Below the pieces are notes generated by a model that had not been told where the DNA came from, ran no database searches, and worked only from the letters and a program-made list of their open reading frames with translations. A stretch of 64,000 nucleotides of DNA from Catajapyx aquilonaris (Eukaryota): positions 62,001 to 126,000 of the forward strand of contig KZ538096.1 of the NCBI GenBank assembly GCA_000934665.2, given 5' to 3'. A program made the position numbers and the translations under genes. Positions 1-12,495 of the stretch are shown here, piece by piece (positions within the stretch are counted from its first letter, which is position 1; every line of letters begins with the position of its first letter).

Positions 1-1679
1 AAAAAACTAAAAAATTAAATTTAACAATTAAGTGAGCAAAATGTTGAAATAAATACACTAATTCATTCATTACATCACGGCCAGCGACGACTTATAGTGT
101 GTACACCTAATATGTACAAAACAAAGCATCACATCTTCCCACAATGTCCTTCAGTTTAGAATATTACCTCACCGTGGGAATGAGTCGAATGACCGATACA
201 TATCAAGGCGGGTTGTTTGAAAGGGTAATGGCGGTTTCATGTGACAATGTTGCAGTTGTAGGCGCGCGTGATACGCCCCCNNGCCCCCCCCCCCCCCCCG
301 ACCCCATTGCATATATGGGTTGCCCCTGGGTAAGCGCAAGAGTCGCCCTTCGTTTGAGTTTATCACGAGAGATACTTTTGCTATATGATATATGAATGGT
401 TGGGACAAAATGGGAAGCAACCTACCTGGTGGCAGGCCGGGCGAAAGTGGAGGCTGCGAAGGGGCCGGTTTGCCCGGGGCAGATAAATTATGTCGAAAAA
501 GATCGGGGGTAGCGGAGGGAGAAGGGTCAGGAGGGGACGGACACTGGCGACAGGAGAGGGAGGGAAGCGCTGCCTGGGGCCAGTTGTAAATAAAACCTGC
601 AAAGAATATTACGGGTGTTGTGTGTACCCACCGCCACTTTCCCTATAAAAAGGGACATATTCAGTGAAGAGACCCAGACCACTAAGTCAAATAATAAAAA
701 TTGGCCTAATATATTACACACATAAATGGATGACAATTTATAAAGACATTATGCCTAATCAGAAACCAACCGCAATTCTCACGCTGCAAGAACCATCTAA
801 GCGGAACACTATATTATAGCTTATTGCCACAACGGGTCAGCATTTGTAGTCAATTCTTAATCCTGTAACTTATCCGAACACACAAAAACACCACAAAATG
901 AACTAAATAAATTAAAGGAAATAACTAGGATAGAATACCATTATAATACACGATTGTCTTGTCATTATTGTTAATTAAATGCCCTTTAAAATTCGCTGTC
1001 GACTAGTCTACTCTTAAATGTATGGTATACGTAAGCTAATCCCGCCATTAAATGCAGCTACTGGTCCGCATTGACACACTGTAATTATCGGTAACTGAGC
1101 AAATACGTCTTGTAACTTATTAGCTAACAACAGTGCTAATTATAAGGTAAGTAACTACAATAATTTCTTACAACACCTTTTTTCCCCATCCAGCATGACT
1201 ATGAAGTCACCATCCCACCCGCAACCCCCCATATTGAGATAGATGAACGAATCCTCTCCCACCCGAAGACAATCCGGACTGAATGAAGGCCTCGCACGGC
1301 AGGCAATATCCTCCCAACCCTCGAGTGTGTGTGACACCCCATCGGCAGTCCCTCCGCCTATGATTTCGTTTGCGCCGTCCTGGCACGTGATTCGCTTTAT
1401 TGCACGGAGAGCATGTGCACCGCTGTCAGGTCCACCAGAGTGTAGGAGTGCGCGGCAAGCATGCTGCTTATAGGCTGTGTCCCCCCACATCCATGTCAGC
1501 AAATCGTCCCGCCCTTTCTCTTCCTCCTTCCTACCCTGTCCCCGTCCCTCCGGCTTCTGGTGGCCCCGACTGATCTGCTAGTTGGTCTCGTCACCGCGCG
1601 CGCCCTCCATTCAGTGTGTTCCCCGACCTAGGGCTGTGTCGACGCAGGTGTATAAGCAGTGGAGCCCCCAGGATCAATC

Positions 1680-2070
1680 CCACATAAATTGGCTGCGCAT
1701 GGGGCCCGGATTGTTTGTGGTTATAAATTTCCCGAAGAGAGCGGCCGCCCGCACTCACTCGGGCTTTGCCGGCCGTTAGTCTTTACCACTCCTCGTGCTC
1801 CTGGGTCCTCCACCTGGACACCCACCCCCGCACAACCCTGCTTCGGGATATGACATAACGAATGGCCTGTGTTCATAAAACTGGAACCACGGGCGAGTAT
1901 TAGTTAAACACGTCGTAAACAAGGGCCGAGCACAAGCCGTGCGCGCGCGGAGCCCAAATTACGCGATCGCAGCGAGTGGACGTTATTTATGGGCCCGTAA
2001 AGTGATTACGGTTACCTTCCGCGCGCCGCCAAGGTTGAGAACTTGTGCTCCGAGTGGGATTTACAACACC
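1680..2070. promoter_or_regulatory. Cluster of Hox/Cdx-class binding motifs in a GC-rich island upstream of Scr
   Basis: CATAAA 1683, TTCATAAAA 1872, GTCGTAAA 1912, TTTATGG 1986 and CCCGTAAA 1994 sit in otherwise CpG-rich sequence. Confidence 0.4.
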
Positions 2071-2224
2071 TTTGTCCCGAGTGACCGTCCGGGTGGTATC
2101 ATATCCGTACCGAGCTATATAGTCGAGGGCCTCAACTTTGGGGGGCTGGTGTCCCATCTAGCAGAAAAAGAGTGTGAGGCAGCGGCGGCGTCCCGAATTT
2201 GCCTCCGCCAAAAAAGGGGGAGCG

Positions 2225-2340
2225 TGGCTGGCTGGCTGGCTGGCTGGCTGGCTGCTCCCCTCCTCCTCCTCCGCCTCTTCTCCCCACCCACCCCATCCCT
2301 TCATTCTCCTCCTCCACTACCACCACCACTTCCACCCCCA
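2225..2340. repeat. (GGCT)n and (CCT/CCA)n low-complexity tract
   Basis: Directly visible tandem units. Confidence 0.8.
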
Positions 2341-2764
2341 GTAGAAGGACCCCTCGGCTGATGAGTTGAGGACTTGGCCGCCGCCACAGAGGATCACGCT
2401 CTTCGGGGGCCCTCACTCGCTACTCATTATGCGCCAAGGTAGGTAGGAAGGTAGAGTAGGTGCCCCCCGAGTCTGTGGTCATCCGAGTCATTGGCACCCA
2501 ACAGTGGACCAATGGTGCCCAGTTCCTCCTAGATCAGTGACAACCTACCCTGTGCTCATCTGACTGGGGGTCGTGCGTTTTACTAGAATTGGTTCGGTCA
2601 TCCAGGCCGGAAGAAAAGAAGGAAGGAAGGAAGGAAAGAGTCAAACTTGTCCCGGGCCGTGCGCGGCGGCGCCCATCATCGCAATGAGAAGCGATAATCA
2701 GTGTGAGACTGAACTGTAGAGGGTGTACCCGGTGATTATGTACTTAACCTTCCACTCATGCGCG

Positions 2765-2940
2765 GTAGTGATTGGCGGAGCCCGGTCACGTGGTACGAGG
2801 GGTTGTGCCATATATGGAATAATTTGCTATTAAAAGTGTGCCAGAGGTTTCCTGGAGTGCAGTACAGCCATAATTCATCAAAATTGCGTGGAATATTGGA
2901 CACAATTATTGCCTCACCACAAATCACAGCCGACAAGCAG
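2765..2940 (+). promoter_or_regulatory. Hox5-type proximal promoter / 5' leader element
   Basis: Reverse CCAAT (GATTGG 2770), E-box GTCACGTG (2785), CArG-like CCATATATGG (2808), TATTAAAA (2828), CCATAATTCATCAAAATTG (2868) and CCACAAATCA (2917) lie immediately before the ATG. Confidence 0.65.
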
Positions 2941-3757
2941 ATGAGTTCGTACCAGTTTGTCAACTCTCTCGCTTCGTGTTATAACCAGCGCGGGCAAGAC
3001 AGTGCCGGGCCCGACTACTACAGCCCCAATGTGCAGTCATACCCGAATTGCTACTCGCCGCAAGTGTCCCCGGCGCCCCAACCCTACCCATACGGGACGT
3101 CCCAGGCCCATGTCCCCCACCTTCAAAACGGGGACTACCACAGTGCCCACGCGGCGCCTCCGCCGCCGCCGCCGCCACCGCAGCGAATAGGTGCCCATCA
3201 CAGTGCCAACCAAAGCCCCAGTGCAGCATCAGCGACAAACCACTCTCTGAACGCTGTACCCAGCTGCAAGTACGCCGATACCAGCGCTAGTTCGCCGCAA
3301 GACCTGAGCACCACGGGTGCCGCCAGTGCCCCATCTCAGCAGGCCACGGCGGCGGTGGCGGCTGCAGCAGCGGCAGCGGCGGCATCGGCGGCACAGGGCA
3401 ACGCCAACACCAACCCCAACTCCCAACCCCGAAGCCCAGACCAAAGTCAAGGGAACCAGCAGCAGCCTCCATCGACGCCCCAGCAGTCCGCCGGCAACCC
3501 GCCGACCTCACCGCAGCAGTCGTCCACGGGACAACCCCAGGGCACCCCCGCATCTCAACCCAGCAACCAGGGGACAACCAGCAACCAACAACCATCCTCT
3601 CAAGGCTCGCAACAGAACCAACAAACCGGACAACAACAGCAGGCCACCGGTCAACAAAGCTCCTCCAGCCAGTCCTCCTCCAACAACACCAAGGGCCAAT
3701 TTGCCGGCAACCCGCCCCAGATCTACCCTTGGATGAAGCGAGTGCATCTCGGACAGA
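2941..3757 (+). CDS. Scr: Sex combs reduced (Hox5), coding exon 1
   Basis: Starts MSSYQFVNSLASCY (octapeptide + LASCY) and contains PSCKY, SPQDLS, poly-P/poly-A/Q-rich tracts and PQIYPWMKRVHLGQ. It ends at the donor CAGA|GTAAGT (GT at 3758). Length 817 nt, phase 1. Confidence 0.97.
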
Positions 3758-6700
3758 GTAAGTTTCTCTTCTTATTCCATCTCCACCCTATAAATCACTC
3801 CCAGTGGTAGGGGGGCCTCACCCGAAGAGCCCCCGCTAACTCTTCGCTAACCGATCGGATAATGGACCAACCCGTCTCACCGCTCCATAATAGAATCTCC
3901 GGAAGCTCAGACCACGCGCTTCTTTTCCGAACCATGTGCTCGAGCCATGCTGCCTGATATACAAAAAAAGTTGGTCTAATCCCCTATTCTTCATGAATGA
4001 CAACAAGATGAATTCATTACGTAAATTCTTGACTTTTGCTCAACAACAAGGTGTATAAAAACATCCGCACGCGACCGATTTTCCGCCCTTTGCTACACCT
4101 ATTTCCCGCGTCCACTGCGGGCAATCAATCTACAAAGACATAAAAAACGGACGTCTTCCTCGTTTTTTGCGTGACAAAAATATCGCTGATATCCGCACAC
4201 AAATGTGGACGCAGTGTTTGCAGAGCGCCGTTTCACAGGTTGCTAGTAAATCTGTCGCCCGGCAAAAGGGACGTTATGGGGGGGAAGAGGTGGGGGGTTT
4301 GAGGGGAAAGACTAGGGGGGTTGGAACTAGGGTAGAGCCGGGGGGGTTTTAGGGGGGGTCGGAAATTTACGACCAGCCAAAGTTGTAAGGTGTAGAGTAT
4401 TCAGCAGACTACAAGTAGTCAATTACCGGCCGCCGTATCACACGGCGTCCATAAATAATGACACCCGAGCCAATTGGGGGCTCCCGCTAACTCTTAAAAG
4501 AGAATAAGCACGGGGTGAAAAAAAATTAAGGAACAATTAGCTACCGTAATTTTAACACACGCGCGGTTGAAATTTGACACCGTTGAAATTTGACACCCTA
4601 CATTTTAAAATTCACCCCTAAAAAGAAGCGTGACATGTATCACTAAAATCATATTAGTCATAGGTGGTAACGCAAATTTTTGTCTGTTTCTGAACTGAGG
4701 GGGTGTTGCTCCACAGGTATCCAGTGCACAATCTCGACCTTTAGAAGGGGGAAAAGGTAGCAAATTGACAGATCATCAATAAGAGGAAGGGCAGCCATTG
4801 GCACAGGCAAAATCGATGGGCCTGGCTTTCTAGAAGGCGAATGTTCTGTAAATTCTGTGGCAGGAGGTGAGCTATTGTTGAGATTCAACCATAGTTGAAT
4901 TTATCCGTAAACACAAAATAGCATGGGGTCTTGAAAAAAAAAACTCGCGAGACTACTCTTCAATTCCTGTTTCATTGCCAACCTTCGGACACTCGCGCGA
5001 GTTACAAACTTCTCGGCTGGAAGCTCCCCACTCTCAATGATTTATAGTTTGGCAAACCTGATTCAATGCCCCAGCTAAACAAAAGCTACCGCAATGAGCC
5101 ATAACTCAAACGCAATTGGATGCTATCAGCCCCGTGTTGCTGCGTATTTATCTTAGCTCGAAGATGGCCAAAGTTGAGGCTACCTATTCACTCTCTTTAT
5201 TGTCTTACTTGTCCCTTCATGTTTGCTGTTCCCATACGAGATCTCACTTTATCTGTCATTGATGCCAAACATAAACAGCACGGTTATGATTTACTTGTGC
5301 ATTGTGCTCTGTGATTTATATTAGGGCTGACCCTGTGGGAGCCAGTTTTATATGTACGCGTAGGCTCCGAGGGTGATAATTGTTTAAAATACTGCCGGTT
5401 TTTAATTTACTTATAGCCTTTAAAATATATATTCAATTTTTATGAACACGCCCGTCACGTCGTTTATCATCCTTGTTGTGTAACTGTTACTATTTATTTT
5501 TGCGACCGTTTTTTTTTGCATTGTCTAGCTAATACAAATTAATAGGACAAGTGGTTAAAACGTAATTTCGGGGATCATGCATTTTTTAGGGCTGTCTCTT
5601 CTGATAGACCGGCTGAAGTGTGTGCGGAATATTAACTCGGCATTCGTTAGCGGCTTGCAGCCGCGGAGTAATAACAATTAGGACACTTCAGTTTATGAGC
5701 AGATCAATAGTGGCAGTACCGTTTCATGACAACCTCTAATTAACCAGGCCCGACAATTGCTTTCTCGCCACCTGATTGCCATTGTTGGCGCGCCCTCCTG
5801 CTTGCCTGGCAAAAAAAGGACAATGGGTTGTAATTTGCTAGCTACATTATTAAAAAATATAACGCTACTGGTTATATAATATTCTGCTAAAAATTGACAA
5901 GGGCATATCATCAAATCACGACATCCCAGGGTTGGCAGCAGGCGTAGTAACGGCGGCATCTATTAGGCCACGATACACTCCAAAACCCGACAAGATTATA
6001 GGTTGTTAGTCGGAGGAAGAGCCGAGCAAGCGGTTCCCCTTCAACCCTGCCATGAAGCGGCAATATTTCCATGTGAGTTATGAGGCCCACCGTATATACA
6101 CCGTACAAGAAGTCCGGAGCTTAGAAGGGGGCGCTATTATAACACTCAACAGACATTGAGAGTCGCCATTTTTATTTTTATATACGTTAGATATATATTT
6201 TATGTCAGTTATATTCGCAGCAGTTGGCAGCCTTCTTGGGCTTCCATCCTGAGGAAAGGCCGAAGAATGTGTCAGAGGAGAACATGAACTTTCAGGTGAA
6301 CCTTCATCAATCATTGCGCTGAAGGAGCGCGCATCAGAGATGGTTTTGTGCCTTCGCTTCGATTGCATTCTCTTTTGTGTAGGGGGAAGGGAGAACTTGG
6401 GGGGGAGAAGGGGAGGAAGGAGGGGGGGAAAGAAACTCTGGGAGGGTAGAGGGTGGCTCAGGAAAATTTTTGCCAATCAGGGCTTTTCACCACAGCAGAC
6501 GATGATGACGAGCCAGAGCAAAACCCACGACATGGCTTTGGCTGCTGTCCGATTGTATCTTAGGGGGGGTTCGGTCAGGACTCCATTTCGGTCTGATGTG
6601 ATATAGGCCTGGGCCAAAGAGCAGTTTCTTGGTCTCAGTTTTGTTGAATTTAATGGCAGATTGTATCGTAATACCAAACCTGATTTTAAACTTTTCATCG

Positions 6701-8577
6701 TTAGTCCGGCAGAGTAATCCTGTGTTAGAATCTGAGGTTTGGTAGTTTTTTTTATAGATGTTTCAACGTCTGGAGAAGATTTTGTGCTGATAGCATTGTG
6801 GCGGGCGTGACGCTTCTATTGACCGCTTTTTCCAGGCATTGCTTTTCACTCATTCTAATAATGAAAACACGGTGTTTGAATTGACTACGTTGATGATTAT
6901 CAAGTGTGCATCGGGGGTTGAAATTACCAGACAGAACTGTTTTACTGGTACAACCTATCGAATTTTGCATCAAATTTTTGAAAGAAAAGTATCCATATCA
7001 ATATTGGCAGAATATTACTCACATTGTACGAAAAGTTATCAATTTATTGTTAATGAAAATGCTAATTTACGACAACACTAATTTACACCGGCTATTTTAC
7101 CTACATATATTTATTAGAAGGTACTATCACGGCTAAAATAACAGAGGTGATTCATGTTTGAAGGGCTACAACGAGTTCAACGGAAAAACCGGTGATATCA
7201 CTGGTTGCTAAAATATACAGTAGTATACGACAGAGCTTATATCATCTGGTGTATATAAATTCGAGTTGTATAGCAGAAACACCACATATTTTCCAGTGAA
7301 CTCCTTGTAATCTGGCTAAACGAATAGTCTCCATCACTTTTGCAGGGACAGTACTGTACATCATATAACTTATATGCCAAAACATCAAGTAGACTATAGC
7401 TTTTGCAGGGATAAACATGGCGCCTACTAATAGACCAGGAAGATACAAACACGCCATTTTATTTTGTTTGCATTTCAGTGCAGGACCAAATTGGTAATTC
7501 AACTAACAACGGGAATTGTGCCAGTATGTCATATGGCAAGAACGCCAAAGAGGCTATACACATCCGGCCATATTGTGGCAGGCCAAGTCCGCATAATCTA
7601 CTACTCTGTAAACTACTACCAAAGCGATTACAATTCTGACTACAGAATTTAGGGTCGGGATTTACCTTCATTGTAATAAATCTCACTACATGTATAAGCA
7701 AAGAACTGCTTTCCCGCCAAAAGTAGCTGCGCACCCCGCCACATACGGCACAGTCTTTATCTTTTGGGTTTAGTAGCGTAAACACGGTTTTGGAGCAGAA
7801 CATAGTGTATTTTATGCTTAGTTATTTACTGTGTCGCTTTAGTCAACAGATAAACCAATTTTTTTTTGTTTTTAAGTTATGCTTAAATCTATATGCGAAA
7901 ACTGCAGCGAACATAGCTATACTTGTGAATGTTCGTAGAGATTTAGCATTAATATATTTGTAATAGTTTCTTGCATTCAAATAACTTTTACTTAGCATAT
8001 TTGGCCACGAGCTGCAAATTCCTTTACGTTACGCTACGTTAGCATACAACAACTACAAGGACACTTAAAACAAAATAAAGGTTAATTTGCCTTTCTAATT
8101 ACTTTCAGGCGGTTGATAGGCTAAAGGTCTCGCCCTTATTTTCAGATGATATACATGCGTAATCTCTGAGTCATTCGGTGTGGAAAACATTTTCCTACAT
8201 ATAAAATTGCGTTTGCGTCAGGAACGGTTTTAGCTAGATTATAGGCCTAGCTACAATATGCAACGTTTTAAATAATCAAAATTCAGTCCACTGCACGCCA
8301 AGCAATATGAAAGATATTTTATCAGAATATTATACCTATACCCTCTTCCTCATTGTATGCCTCCTGTTGCACAATAATTCCAATATACCACACTGATATA
8401 TTGACCCATTCCAAAGCTCCGTAATGCAGATCCATACCGTATAGTAGATATTTACTTTGGGAATTTATTTTATCATTTCCCATCAGCTGTGTCTATTCCT
8501 AAGCAGGCATAAAAAGGATGAAAATGCTGTTTTAAAAAGTTATAACAGAGAACTTTTCCGCATTAAGGTACTGGCAC

Positions 8578-8835
8578 TTTATAATTGATATTAAGGAGGT
8601 TGGCCCAGCATTGCCTTTCAACCTCCAAGGATATAGGGAAGGGTCGCTTCCGTATAATAGACCACAGCCGCTTCGGCTGTGGCCTATTATACGGAAGCGA
8701 CCCCGGAATTATCCTAGAAAGACCGTGGAAAACCACAGAAAACCACGGTCAGGGTTGCCGGCCCCGGGATTCGAACCTAGGACCTCCCGATTAGCAGTCG
8801 GACGCCCTATCCACTATGCCAACCTGCTTCGGTAT
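8578..8835 (-). mobile_element. tRNA-derived SINE, family A (copy 1)
   Basis: Minus-strand head with A box TGGCATAGTGG and B box GGTTCGAATCC; 12-bp TSD AGGTACTGGCAC (8566-8577 / 8836-8847); four more copies in the window. Confidence 0.9.
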
Positions 8836-9998
8836 AGGTACTGGCACCGTACCCGTTGTAATTAGCGATTATTTCGCACTAAGCTGCTTATTAACGCAGC
8901 TACTTTTGAATAGCTACAGAAATTGCTAATATTAAGTTAAATAAAGTAATTCATTATGTCCGTCAAAATGTAATGATTTCCCAGCTCAAGACGTTGTATA
9001 CTATGATCCATGATACCATCCATTTATTCGGGACTGCATTAATTTTTTGAAGCACATTTAATATGGAAAAGTGGAGTTGGGCTCAAATGTTAAGTTTAAG
9101 TGGTTATTTCTAAATGCAATTACGGCTGGTTGTATGAAAGCAAAATAAGAATAATGCACGATTATAAAAACATATGCACAACGTATATTGCAATATAATC
9201 ATTCCTAATTTGTTGTCTAATCAGTAATAAAGTACACCATACAGGGTCTGGTGGGGGGGGGGGGGGAACNGGGGGGAACCGAAGGCGCGCTACCCCACGC
9301 ACACTTTTCCTTTATACAGTGTAGCTTTGTATCTAATAGCAGCTTACTATGTATCTAGGTTATATGCCTAAGTGACTGCGACATTTCACTGTGCAGTCTA
9401 CGCAGGTACTATACTATAATTATGAATAGCCTTCTAAACGAAATTGTATACGTAAGGATAATTTAAAAAACTAAACAATTTTATATTAATTTACTTCCGG
9501 TTGATTTATTCACATTATTGCTGACTTCTGTTGTACGGAAGTCGCCTGCTAAACAGAGGCCACATAAATACTTCATAATTAAATAAGCTTATAATCTATG
9601 CCTTACATACCAACGATAACAACGATATGGGTGGTATAGTTTCATCTCTTCGGTAGCTTATGTTGCACAGACCTTAATTGTTATTCTAATTACATATGAG
9701 ACTTATTATCCGGTTCACAAAAGAGGGAGGCGTCACCGGGAGGGGAAGTGCAATTGCAAATTGACGGCCGGCTTTTTAATGAGTTCCCCCGGGGTAGATA
9801 ATACGTGGGGAATCCCATCCGAGACCAAGCCGGAGGTACCCAACTCAGCATGAGATGAAAAAGAAAAACCCTTAGAATCAAACCCAGGACCTTTCCATCC
9901 ATGAACGCCAGCATGCCGGAGTTGCTACATTGAAGCGCAATATAATTACGAACAAAAAGCAGTGTTTCGTTTTAATGAGCTCTTAAAACTGACAAGCG

Positions 9999-10000
<2 letters not shown>

Positions 10001-10057
<57 letters not shown>
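10001..10057. repeat. (TAA)19 microsatellite
   Basis: Perfect tandem repeat. Confidence 0.95.
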
Positions 10058-12036
10058 GGCATCATGATAGACGTGAACCTAGAGCTATAGACGATACAAG
10101 AGAAGTTCATCGATATTTGAGGGCGAAACAGGAACTTCGGAACCAAACTTGTAGCACACTTATCAAGTAGGGTCGTGATATTTAACCAGGATCAGGCTAT
10201 TTATGTGTACGCTGTAAAAAATTACAAAGGATTTCAATTGCCATTGAAATTATTCTGAAGCGGACCACTGGTTGAGAGACCGTACAATACAAAATAATAA
10301 TTTTATAATACTTGTAAATAAATATTAGAGATGTGCTTTACTCACACAAAAGCCGCATAAAATATATTTAGGCAGCTTATATAACTGATGAGGCCTTCAA
10401 CTTATTATTGCCATGTGTTCGAAAAACAGCTGGGTGTTAATCATCTCCGGCCTTGTTATAGCTATTTTTCTCATAGTAATAAGCCCATGTAACCTCCAAA
10501 TTTCATAAATAATTGAGAAGACCACAGGTGTAGGTCAAACACCAAGCTTCAGTCCACTCTATGACCCCCGCTGAAAAACCTCCGAAATCAATCCAATGTT
10601 TCTCGACCAATCCCGATACTTCACGAGGCGATTTATAACCCGCGCACTGATCGATCTCACTAACGAAATTCCAGTCAGTTGTCTAATTTGGATCCCCATC
10701 AGCGAGGACAAAAATAGCAGCAGTTGCGACCAGGAATAATCCAATAATCCCTTGTGAGAGCAACCCGCGATATGATGCAAATGAAGGTGGAATTTCCACA
10801 GGGTGGGTAATAATCCACTCATTTTGTGGTTATCCGTCAGAGGGGCAGCACCGGTTACTCAGAGGCAGCCATGATCCTCCCAGCATCCTTTGTGTTCCCC
10901 CTTGCCAATGGGCAGCTGTCCCATGTGGCTCCACCTACTGTCACCCTCTGTACAGTGTCCCAATCATGGCGGACTAGTGTCCTTGACATATTTCTTCATA
11001 TGTAATGCCACGTGCCTGCCATTGTTGCATCATTAGCCATTATGATGGATTACTCATGCACTAACATTACTGCCATATTGCAGAATCCGTACCTGAGGCA
11101 TTTATTAATTTCACTTTTTTAATTCACACCCCCTTTAGGCATCATGCTGATTCAATTAGACTTTCACCGATCTCCGCGCAACATGTTGGAACTGGGTCGT
11201 TACAAAGACTGGCGTATGTCATGCGACAGAACCCAAGTCCCAGAAGCGGCAGAAAGAAAAATCACTTGGCGGCCGGACTCACATTTTTCAAGCCCTCATC
11301 GAGTCTAAGATGCGGAATTTTCTCTTCTTCAACCTCTGTGTCCTATAAGGTCCCAACAAGAAGGGACCGGGGGTGCTGTAAATCCAGTCCACTCCACTTC
11401 AAAGCTCTCTAATCTACTCCGTCTTGTTGCCTAATGAATGTGCAAGGCCCTTTGCCGTCATTTTATTGCCCGGTCCTGCCTGGATCCCAGAGTATTCAGG
11501 TCGGGATCGGGGCTTAAGCCTCCCCAATCGTCGGAAAAGATCAGGCCTAACTCGGTCTGAAATCCAGTGCTTCCAGGGGAAGAATCCAGTGTTGATGGGA
11601 CCCTCCAAAACATCAAATCTGAGGGGCCTGCGTGTTAATGATGACACCCAAGAACACCCACTAGCTGGCTTGATGGACGAGAGCGGATAGGAATAATATA
11701 TAATATACATATAAAAAGAAAAAGGGGGGCCATGCCTGATGACTTGATGAACCGTCCCTTGTCAACAGGGAGCTTACAAAGTCTGGAATTTTTGAAATTT
11801 GGGAACCCCGCCTTATTGGCGGCAGGGGCTATTTTAATTAGGCACATGTCTATCAACATGGCACGTCCCATATAGCTGTAGAGCGCGATTTCATATCACT
11901 GTACAAATTGGACTCTTAAAACAGTGTGACGGATTGGCACCGAAAGATTTGGTGTTATTTTATAATCTATTATTTATATTAATTCATCAACGCGAGAATT
12001 CTTATCAGTTATATCACAATTAGCCCTATATACTTT

Positions 12037-12259
12037 ATAATTGATATTAGGGAGGTTGGCCCAGCATTGCCTTTCAACCTCCAAGGATAGGGAAGGAAGG
12101 AAGCGGCTGTGGCCTATTATACGGAAGCGACCACGGAATTATCCTAGAGAGACCGTGGAAAACCACAGAAAACCACGGTCCGGGTTGCCGGCCCAGGGAT
12201 TCGAACCCAGGGCCCGATTAGCAGTCGGACGCCTTATCCACTATGCCAACCTGCTTCGG
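12037..12259 (-). mobile_element. SINE family A (copy 2)
   Basis: Near-identical to copy 1; flanked by the direct repeat TTAGCCCTATATACTTT (about 12020 and 12260). Confidence 0.9.
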
Positions 12260-12276
12260 TTAGCCCTATATACTTT

Positions 12277-12495
12277 TAATTGATATTTAAGGAGGTTGGC
12301 CCAGCATTTGCCATTCAACCTCCAAGGATAGGGAAGGAAGGAAGCGGCTGTGGCCTATTATACGGAAGCGACCCCGGAATTATCCTAGAAAGACCGTGGA
12401 AAACCACAGAAAACCACGGTCAAGGTTGCCGGCCCCGGGATTCGAACCCAGGACCTCCTGATTAGCAGTCGGACTCCTTATCCACTATGCCAACC
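12277..12495 (-). mobile_element. SINE family A (copy 3, tandem with copy 2)
   Basis: Same body and head; followed by CCTATATACT (12494-12503), part of the same target sequence. Confidence 0.88.

Noticed and set aside
3758..3810. ORF 2758-3810 continuing to TAG after YPWM
   Set aside because: Read-through into the intron past a consensus donor; no evidence for an intron-retaining isoform.
8585..12465. Similar short ORFs recurring at 8585, 8611, 12041 and 12280
   Set aside because: Translations of SINE family A copies, not a gene family.
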